Shown: positions 10,334 to 17,262 of the stretch, in pieces | How positions within the stretch are numbered: the stretch's first letter is position 1 | Layout of the letters: each line of letters begins with the position of its first letter | Assembly: GCA_018303545.1 (NCBI GenBank) | Contig: JAGVXY010000014.1 | Coordinates: 1-40,263, forward strand | Length of the DNA: 40,263 nucleotides | DNA from: Candidatus Woesearchaeota archaeon | GTDB taxonomy: Archaea; Nanobdellota; Nanobdellia; SCGC-AAA011-G17; JAGVXY01 | Reading direction: 5' to 3' | Translations under genes and position numbers: made by a program | Notes under the pieces: generated by a model | The model's database searches: none | Told to the model about the DNA's origin: nothing | What the model saw: only the letters and a program-made list of their open reading frames with translations

Positions 10334-10615
10334 ATGAAATGGATTTATAAAATAACTTATCCAAATGGTAAAATCTATATTGGAAAAGATTTAACTGGAA
10401 CATTTAGGTATTTTGGAAGTCCAAACAGTAAAATTCTTGAAAAAGATTTTAGTGATAAAGAAAAAAAAGATTTTACCATAAGAAGAGAAATACTTTGGCA
10501 ATCCGAAAATACTTCTGAAGAAGAAGTTAATAAAAAAGAAGTTGAATTTATTTTAAAATATAAATCAAATAACCTTTCCATTGGATATAATCGATGGCCA
10601 AAGTTAAAAAAATAG
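10334..10615 (+). CDS. Stand-alone GIY-YIG nuclease domain protein
   Basis: WIYKITYPNGKIYIGK, RYFGS, conserved Glu in KKEVEFI, terminal GYN. Confidence 0.85.
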   Translation: MKWIYKITYPNGKIYIGKDLTGTFRYFGSPNSKILEKDFSDKEKKDFTIRREILWQSENTSEEEVNKKEVEFILKYKSNNLSIGYNRWPKLKK

Positions 10616-10662
10616 GTTTTTACCAAACTGAACTCCTTTGAATTTCTTCAAAATCCCCGACC

Positions 10663-10694
10663 ATGCCACGCTCTCATCCATCGGTTTGTGGCAT
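10663..10694. terminator. Stem-loop between convergent nuclease genes
   Basis: ATGCCAC (10663-10669) and GTGGCAT (10688-10694) form a perfect 7-bp inverted repeat. Confidence 0.4.
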
Positions 10695-10704
10695 TTAACA
10701 GGAA

Positions 10705-11286
10705 TTATATGCAATCTTTATTAATTTGGTCTCTACGCTTAAAGAACTCAGGTTTAATTCGTTTTCCTTGTGTGGGGTTTTTGATTGAATTAAGTTCTGA
10801 TTCCAAATCTGTATCCAGAACTATTTTTAGTTTATGGATATTGATAAATCTTTCAATTTCTAATTCAGAAAACAAGATTATGTGCGCAAGGTTTTCTTCC
10901 CCAATAATCTTAATACCTTCTTCATTTGGTGAAACAAGGAGTATTAAAAATGCTTCAAAATTTTTTGAGGTGATGTATGAATGATTTTGGTTATCTACAA
11001 AGGATAATACCCTTTTTTTATTCATCCAGATAAATTCAAGGGCACCATTTACACTACTATCCTTGCCGAAGATATAGTCTTGAGTTTTTACTTCATATAT
11101 TCTAATAATTTTTTCTTCTTTAACAACACCAAAATCAAGATATCCCCCTCCTTTTTTAGAAACACCCTCTGGAATAATCTCTTTAATAATTTCAAATCCT
11201 TCAACGCAAGGATATTTTTTCTCTAACCATTGTTGAAAAATCAATTCCCCTAAATAACCCCTAAGTCCAATAGCTCTTTTTGGCAT
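10705..11286 (-). CDS. PD-(D/E)XK restriction-endonuclease-like protein
   Basis: GYLGE helix, YLDF, YEVKT; start moved to MPKR at 11286, with a TATA-like element ~24 nt upstream. Confidence 0.72.
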   Translation of the reverse strand: MPKRAIGLRGYLGELIFQQWLEKKYPCVEGFEIIKEIIPEGVSKKGGGYLDFGVVKEEKIIRIYEVKTQDYIFGKDSSVNGALEFIWMNKKRVLSFVDNQNHSYITSKNFEAFLILLVSPNEEGIKIIGEENLAHIILFSELEIERFINIHKLKIVLDTDLESELNSIKNPTQGKRIKPEFFKRRDQINKDCI

Positions 11287-11466
11287 TTTGATTATTAAAG
11301 CAACTAAGCATATAATACTTTCGACCAAATTAAAGACACCCTGGTTTTTGACTTCGCCGACCATTACACTAAACTTCGTTCCTAACGGAAATATATAACC
11401 TCCCAGTTATGTTCCATGAGCCTCTAACGATAAATTTATATTATGGATAAACGCTAATGATAAATT

Positions 11467-12123
11467 ATGAATGTTAAAAAATCTATAAATCAATTTTTAG
11501 AAGGGAATGGCAAAAATAAAGGAAGAAAACCTGATGAGCGCTATGCTTCTTTTGATTATTGTTACAATTATTTTTATTCATTTTACAAAAGAAATAAACT
11601 TAATGAATTAGCAGATGAAAAAAATCTTCAAATGAGTTGTTTGCAATTGGGTTTTTATTTGGCGAGTTGGGGAATGATGAGAGGCTCGTCTTTTCTTCTT
11701 GAAAAAAGCGTTAAGAATTATATAAATCTCATTGTTTCAATTTCAAAGATGAATCCAGCATTGTGGAAAATTGATGTGAATGAATATAATGCAGATAACA
11801 TTAAGTTATTATTAAATTGTAAACAACAAATTATTGATGCGCTTGGAAAAGAAAATAAATCTAGTGATACCTTAGTAACAAAAATTATGCTTGGTGTTTT
11901 TGCTAATATTCCTGCATATGATCAATATTTCAGAAAAAGCTTAAAATTGCATTCTCTTAATAAAAAATCCCTTCTAAAAATTAAGGCGTTCTATGATGAA
12001 AACAAAGAAACATTTGATTCATTCAAAATATATACTTTTGATTTTTTAACATCCAAAAAAACAGGCATAATTTATCCAAGAGCAAAATTGATTGATATGT
12101 GTGGATTTATGGACGGACGATAA
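11467..12123 (+). CDS. Uncharacterised helical protein, possible HhH-GPD-like DNA glycosylase
   Basis: Conserved-looking blocks LGFYLASWGMMRGS and TLVTKIMLG...PAYD; K...P-x-Y-D spacing recalls HhH-GPD enzymes. ORF secure, function tentative. Confidence 0.55.
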   Translation: MNVKKSINQFLEGNGKNKGRKPDERYASFDYCYNYFYSFYKRNKLNELADEKNLQMSCLQLGFYLASWGMMRGSSFLLEKSVKNYINLIVSISKMNPALWKIDVNEYNADNIKLLLNCKQQIIDALGKENKSSDTLVTKIMLGVFANIPAYDQYFRKSLKLHSLNKKSLLKIKAFYDENKETFDSFKIYTFDFLTSKKTGIIYPRAKLIDMCGFMDGR

Positions 12124-12244
12124 CAAATCTCTGAATTTACTAAAAACTTTTTATTCCAAGACGAACATAGCCTTGCTTAGTTTTAACATGACATCGGGCA
12201 TTTCTATGATAAAAGTTAAATAGTTGTTAGGCATTTTATGAATT

Positions 12245-12847
12245 ATGAATATTGATGAAATGTTTGTTGAAGCAAGAAAATGTAGATTATGCTATAAAGG
12301 TGCGCCTATATGGGTCCCCTTACCCGATCCAGAAAATGGAAAAGATAATGTAAAGATTATGTTCATTAACGAACGACCCGGTAGAATTGGAACAGGTGCG
12401 TCGGGTTTTGTTTCTTTTAACAATGATGATCCTAGTGCCAATCATTTTAAAGATTGCTTTTTAAAAACAGGTTTAAATAGAAAAGAAGTTTACATTACAA
12501 ACGCCTGTCTCTGTCATCCCGTGTTTGAAAATTATACCGACTTAGCTCCTACAATTAAAGAAATTAATAATTGCCACTTTTGGTTAAAAAAACAAATTGA
12601 AATAATGAAACCTAAACTAATTATCACAATGGGGAATATACCTTTAAAATCAATAAAATTATTATTCCTAGAATCAAAACAACTTCAAAAATTTAAATTA
12701 AAAGAAAATATTGGTGAAGTAATAACTGAAACAAAACCTTGGATTTATCCATTGTACCATACCTCCTTAAGAGCAAGATTAACCAGAAATGCCGAACAAC
12801 AACAAAAAGATTGGTTAAAAATAAAGGACATTTTAACTCGATTGTAG
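12245..12847 (+). CDS. Uracil-DNA glycosylase superfamily protein (family 4/5-like, 4Fe-4S), divergent active-site motifs
   Basis: CRLC, MFINERPG, VYITNACLCHP, EINNC, LIITMG, PLYHTS. Confidence 0.88.
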   Translation: MNIDEMFVEARKCRLCYKGAPIWVPLPDPENGKDNVKIMFINERPGRIGTGASGFVSFNNDDPSANHFKDCFLKTGLNRKEVYITNACLCHPVFENYTDLAPTIKEINNCHFWLKKQIEIMKPKLIITMGNIPLKSIKLLFLESKQLQKFKLKENIGEVITETKPWIYPLYHTSLRARLTRNAEQQQKDWLKIKDILTRL

Positions 12848-13030
12848 AACAAATTCTAAGTATTTTTTTTCAATACAATTGTGCTTTGAATGTGGTGAAT
12901 ATTGCCAAATCGTTTGAAATATTCTGTTATCGCAAATTAATCTTTTTTTATTATGCCACAAAGATGCCTTGCGCTTTTGTGCAGAGTAACTAAATCTCCT
13001 TTATGGAACTATGTTCTTTATCCTTTATTT

Positions 13031-13048
13031 GAAAAAGCTTTAAATATT
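13031..13048 (+). promoter_or_regulatory. BRE/TATA promoter of cysS
   Basis: GAAAAAGC-TTTAAATA about 25 nt before ATG 13071. Confidence 0.55.
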
Positions 13049-13070
13049 AGTGTTAAATTACTATTTTATT

Positions 13071-14504
13071 ATGAAGTTTTTCAACACGTTAACAAGGAAG
13101 GATGAAGAATTTAAACCGTTAAAGGATAATGTTGTAAGAATGTACACCTGTGGGCCAACAATCTATAATTTTGCGCATATAGGCAATTTTAGAACATATG
13201 TTTTTGAAGATTTACTTCGGAGATATCTTAAATATAAAGGTTATAAAATCAAACAAGTAATGAATTTGACTGATGTTGATGATAAAACAATAAAAAATTC
13301 TATCAAAGAAGGAAAAAAACTTAAGTCGTTTACCGATACTTATAAAAAAGCATTTTTTGAAGATGTTGATATCTTAAATATAGAACGAGCTGAAGTCTAT
13401 CCTGCAGCAACTGAACATGTTTTAGAAATGATTGAGATTATTAAGGTTTTAATTAAAAAAGGTTATGCTTATCAGGGGGAAGATAAATCATGGTATTATA
13501 ATATTGCAAAATTTAATGACTATGGAAAATTGTCGCATATGAAAATTGATGAGCTTAAATCTGGAGCAAGGGTAAAACAAGATGAATATGAGAAGGAAAA
13601 TGTTGCGGATTTTGCATTATGGAAGGCATGGGATGAGAATGATGGGGATGTATTCTGGGATGATGACGAATTAGGGAAAGGAAGACCTGGGTGGCATATT
13701 GAATGCTCAGCAATGTCAATGAAACATCTAAGTGATGCTTTTAAAACTGGAAAATTTATACCTGGAAAATTTGAGACGTTTGACATCCATACAGGGGGTG
13801 TTGATAATATGTTTCCACACCATGAGGATGAGATTGCACAGAGCGAGGCAGCTACGGGAAAAAAATTTGTAAATATATGGATGCATTCTGAGCATTTACT
13901 TGTTGATGGGAAAAAGATGTCCAAGAGTTTAGGAAACTTTTATACATTACGAGATTTATTTGCTAAGGGTTTTAAACCAATGGCTCTTAGGTATGTATTG
14001 ATATCTACACATTACAGGCAACAATTGAATTTTACTTTTGATGGATTAAATGCAGCTACTAATGCTTTGCAAAGAATCGAAGATTTTGTTTTAAAATTGA
14101 AAGAAACAAAAGAAAACGAAGGTGAAGATATCAATTCGACTATGGATAAATTAATTGAAACTTTTGAAATGAGTTTAGATAATGATTTGAATATTGCCCC
14201 GGCTATGGGGGCTATTTTTGAATTCATTAAGAAGATAAATGGCTTAATTGCTGAGAAGAACTTGGCTAAAAAAGATGCAGATAAAATATTAAAATTACTC
14301 ATCAGATTTAATTCTGTTTTGGGATTTATTGACTTTTCTGAAAAAAAATTAGACAATGAAATTGAGGAATTAGTTAGGGAAAGAGAAGCTGCAAGAAAGA
14401 GCAAAAATTGGGCAAAATCAGATATGATAAGAGATGTTTTGAAAGAAAAAGGCATAGTCCTTGAAGATACTGCCAAAGGCGTAAGGTGGAAATATGCTAA
14501 ATAA
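13071..14504 (+). CDS. cysS: Cysteine-tRNA ligase
   Basis: MYTCGPT, HIGN, DFALWK, GRPGWHIEC, FPHHE, KMSKS; ATG 13071 preferred. Confidence 0.98.
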   Translation: MKFFNTLTRKDEEFKPLKDNVVRMYTCGPTIYNFAHIGNFRTYVFEDLLRRYLKYKGYKIKQVMNLTDVDDKTIKNSIKEGKKLKSFTDTYKKAFFEDVDILNIERAEVYPAATEHVLEMIEIIKVLIKKGYAYQGEDKSWYYNIAKFNDYGKLSHMKIDELKSGARVKQDEYEKENVADFALWKAWDENDGDVFWDDDELGKGRPGWHIECSAMSMKHLSDAFKTGKFIPGKFETFDIHTGGVDNMFPHHEDEIAQSEAATGKKFVNIWMHSEHLLVDGKKMSKSLGNFYTLRDLFAKGFKPMALRYVLISTHYRQQLNFTFDGLNAATNALQRIEDFVLKLKETKENEGEDINSTMDKLIETFEMSLDNDLNIAPAMGAIFEFIKKINGLIAEKNLAKKDADKILKLLIRFNSVLGFIDFSEKKLDNEIEELVREREAARKSKNWAKSDMIRDVLKEKGIVLEDTAKGVRWKYAK

Positions 14505-14543
14505 GCAAAAGGTTTTTTAAATTTACTATATTTCTGTATTTCT

Positions 14544-15314
14544 ATGGAAGTAGATATTGATTTATCCAAAAATATTGAACAAAATGCAGAGTTCTATTAT
14601 GAGAATGCAAAGAAGGCAAAAAGGAAAATAGAAAACACTGAAAAAGCGCTAGCTAAAACTAGAGAGAAATATAATATTTTATTAGAGAAGAAAGAGCTTG
14701 CAATTTCGCAGGTTAAGGTTAAAGAAAAAAAAGTAATTAAAGATAAGAAATGGTATCATAATTTTAGATGGTTCTTTTCATCTGAGGATTTTTTAGTTGT
14801 TGGCGGAAGAGATGCGACAACAAATGACATCATCATCAAAAAATACCTCGATAAAGGGGACCTTGTTTTTCATACAGAACTTGCAGGAAGCCCATTTTTT
14901 GTAATTAAATCTCTTGGCAAGGAGATTGGAAAGAAAACAATCGAAGAAGCGGCACAGGCTACAGCATTATATTCTAGGGCATGGAGGACCGGTGCTGGAA
15001 CAGCAGATGTTTATTGTATAAGTCCAGATCAAGTAAAAAAAGAATTAGGGCTGCCAAAAGGGGCATTTATGATTTATGGAAAAAGGAATTACTTTAGACC
15101 TGTACTTGAAATGGCAATTGGTAATGTAAATGGAGAAATTATTGGTGGCCCAATAGATTCTGTGAAAACAAAGACAAACAAGTATGTTATTCTAAAACCC
15201 GGAGATATCAAACCAGGACAATTGATTAAAAATATTAGGGCAAAAATTGAAGGCGATTTGGAAGAAATACAAAAATTCCTACCTCCGGGCAATAGTTCTT
15301 TACCTGGAAAATAG
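14544..15314 (+). CDS. NFACT RNA-binding domain (DUF814) protein; C-terminal half of Rqc2/FbpA
   Basis: NAEFYYENAKKAK coiled coil, WYHNFRWF, GGRDATTND, GSPF, LPKGAFMIYG. Confidence 0.9.
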   Translation: MEVDIDLSKNIEQNAEFYYENAKKAKRKIENTEKALAKTREKYNILLEKKELAISQVKVKEKKVIKDKKWYHNFRWFFSSEDFLVVGGRDATTNDIIIKKYLDKGDLVFHTELAGSPFFVIKSLGKEIGKKTIEEAAQATALYSRAWRTGAGTADVYCISPDQVKKELGLPKGAFMIYGKRNYFRPVLEMAIGNVNGEIIGGPIDSVKTKTNKYVILKPGDIKPGQLIKNIRAKIEGDLEEIQKFLPPGNSSLPGK

Positions 15315-15422
15315 AAAAGCTTTTAAAAGAATGACTATACATATAATCTAATAGGGCTGAAAATTAAAGTTAATTCGTTTAGAATCGCCTTATTTTTATA
15401 AAACAAGGAGAAATCACTGATA

Positions 15423-15866
15423 ATGGCAACAATACTCGATGTTAATGCTAATAAATTGATAAATGAGGCTGGAAAAGTCTTAAAATCGCAAAATATTGTG
15501 AATATGCCTGATTGGGCTAATTTTGTCAAGACAGGGACTGCAAAAATGAGGTGCCCCATTGACGGAGACTGGTGGTACTACAGAGCCGCATCTATTCTAA
15601 GAAAAGTTTACCTCGATGGACCCATTGGTGTTTCAAAATTAAGAACAAAATATGGATCAAAAAAGAATCGTGGACATAAACCTGAAGAATTTAGAAGGGC
15701 ATCTGGAAAAATTATTAGACTGATACTTCAACAGCTGGAAAAAGCAGAGTTAGTTAAAACTGATTTGAAGGATATACATAAGGGAAGGAAAATAACGCCC
15801 AAGGGGAAATCTTTCCTTGATAAGATTGCAACAACCATATTACCTAAATTTGAAAATAAGGAATAA
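15423..15866 (+). CDS. rps19e: 30S ribosomal protein S19e
   Basis: PDWANFVKTG, DWWYYRAASILRK, GPIGV, ASGKIIR, GRKITPKG; SD AGGAG at 15406-15410. Confidence 0.97.
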   Translation: MATILDVNANKLINEAGKVLKSQNIVNMPDWANFVKTGTAKMRCPIDGDWWYYRAASILRKVYLDGPIGVSKLRTKYGSKKNRGHKPEEFRRASGKIIRLILQQLEKAELVKTDLKDIHKGRKITPKGKSFLDKIATTILPKFENKE

Positions 15867-15867
15867 A

Positions 15868-16041
15868 ATGACAAGATTTAAACCAGTAGCAAAAAAATTG
15901 AGGTTAGCAAAGAGGAGACTGCAAACTAGGTGGGCTCCCTTCTGGATAATCCCCAAAATAAATGGGCCTAAGAAAAAGGTTCATCCAGCAAGATACACTG
16001 CTGTGAAGAGGCACTGGCGAAAGAGTAGGACAAAGGCATAA
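15868..16041 (+). CDS. rpl39e: 50S ribosomal protein L39e
   Basis: KKLRLAK...P-x-W...RHWRKS; 57 aa from ATG 15868; directly before L31e. Confidence 0.9.
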   Translation: MTRFKPVAKKLRLAKRRLQTRWAPFWIIPKINGPKKKVHPARYTAVKRHWRKSRTKA

Positions 16042-16043
16042 AA

Positions 16044-16535
16044 ATGACAAAAGAAGAGAAACTAGAAAGGAAATATGTTATTCCTCTTAGAAAGGAATGG
16101 AGAAAGGTTCCTATGTATAAGAGATCTAGGAAAGCAATTAATGCTATTCGAGAATTTGTCATGAAACATATGAAGGTGAGAGATGTCCGTATAGGAAAAT
16201 ATCTAAATCTTTTTGTTTGGGAACATGGGACTAAGAATCCACCGCATAAGGTTGAAGTTAATTGTGTAAGAGAGAATGCTATTGGCTATGTTGAACTTTT
16301 AGGCTATGAAATTATAACTGAGAAACCCAAGAAGAAGGAAGATAAAAAGAAATTAACCAAAGAAGAAAAAGAAGACAAGAAAGAACAGGAAATAAAGAGA
16401 GAAGAGACAAAAGAAGCAATAGAGAATATACCTGTGTCTAAAGCAGCTAAGGCGGGAAAAGTAAAGTTTGAAAGAAAAGAAAACGCAGTTAAAACTAAGG
16501 AAGAAGGCGTTATTGGAAGAACTTCTAAGAAATAA
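16044..16535 (+). CDS. rpl31e: 50S ribosomal protein L31e with charged C-terminal extension
   Basis: ERKYVIPLR, KRSRKAINAIREFVMKHMK, LNLFVWEHG, PPHKV. Confidence 0.95.
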   Translation: MTKEEKLERKYVIPLRKEWRKVPMYKRSRKAINAIREFVMKHMKVRDVRIGKYLNLFVWEHGTKNPPHKVEVNCVRENAIGYVELLGYEIITEKPKKKEDKKKLTKEEKEDKKEQEIKREETKEAIENIPVSKAAKAGKVKFERKENAVKTKEEGVIGRTSKK

Positions 16536-16539
16536 ATTT

Positions 16540-17262
16540 TTATATACTTTTAAAACCAGCGACTACATCTTGAAGACTTTTTTTGCGTTTTATTCCTAAG
16601 CTTATTAATAATAAAACTATTGCTAATGCGCCAACCAACGAACCGAATATAAAATAAAGGTTCTTTTTTACGAATAATAATGCCTTTCTTTGTTCAATCT
16701 GGATGATTTTTGTACAATCTACATCTTCCGTTGTGCAATCAGGATCACATTTTCCATCATTCTCTAAATCACAGAAATTGTCTGCTGAACCAGAAGGACA
16801 GTCAGCATTGCAAAAAAGATAATTTTCATTGCTTTCACATACCCCATTGGGGATGCATTTTACAATTATATCGACAGAATTTGAGCTTGATTGTGATCCA
16901 TCTTTTAAATCTGTAACTTCGGTGGATACTAACGTAATAATTCCTAAGCCCAATGGTTTTATGCGATATATAAACGTTCCAACTATTCCGGGAGGAATAG
17001 TAACCTTCCTATCAAAATAAGGGATGTTCAAAGATGAAATATATTTATCAGGCACAGAAGGAGAAACAAATTCTGCCGCTTTAGAGAGCTGTTCCTTTAT
17101 CTGAAATTCACGTTCTTCGGGATTATCATTATAAATACTTATTCTAACATCTAGTGTTTCTCCGAGATTTATCTCATTTTGTGTAGTTTTTACAACCTTT
17201 GCTCCAAAAACTAGAGGGAGAAACAAAAGCAATACAATTCCAAAGATTATTATTTTTTTCAT
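16540..17262 (-). CDS. Exported membrane-anchored protein (Ig-like region, Cys-rich stalk, C-terminal TM)
   Basis: Signal peptide, NGVCE..EN...C.ADC motif, C-terminal hydrophobic helix with basic tail; ATGA overlap with the upstream gene. Confidence 0.75.
   Translation of the reverse strand: MKKIIIFGIVLLLFLPLVFGAKVVKTTQNEINLGETLDVRISIYNDNPEEREFQIKEQLSKAAEFVSPSVPDKYISSLNIPYFDRKVTIPPGIVGTFIYRIKPLGLGIITLVSTEVTDLKDGSQSSSNSVDIIVKCIPNGVCESNENYLFCNADCPSGSADNFCDLENDGKCDPDCTTEDVDCTKIIQIEQRKALLFVKKNLYFIFGSLVGALAIVLLLISLGIKRKKSLQDVVAGFKSI

Noticed and set aside
10138-10335. 65-aa minus-strand ORF in the island spacer
   Set aside because: No recognisable motif, overlaps the GIY-YIG promoter, and has a non-standard start
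10705-11286. Classical type II restriction-modification system
   Set aside because: No DNA methyltransferase nearby
12739-12993. 84-aa ORF overlapping the UDG 3' end
   Set aside because: Out-of-frame overlap, TTG start, no features
14012-14569. 185-aa antisense ORF and similar shadow ORFs (e.g. 2635-3054, 13520-13924, 23773-24180, 26556-26909)
   Set aside because: They lie opposite well-supported genes and show no motifs
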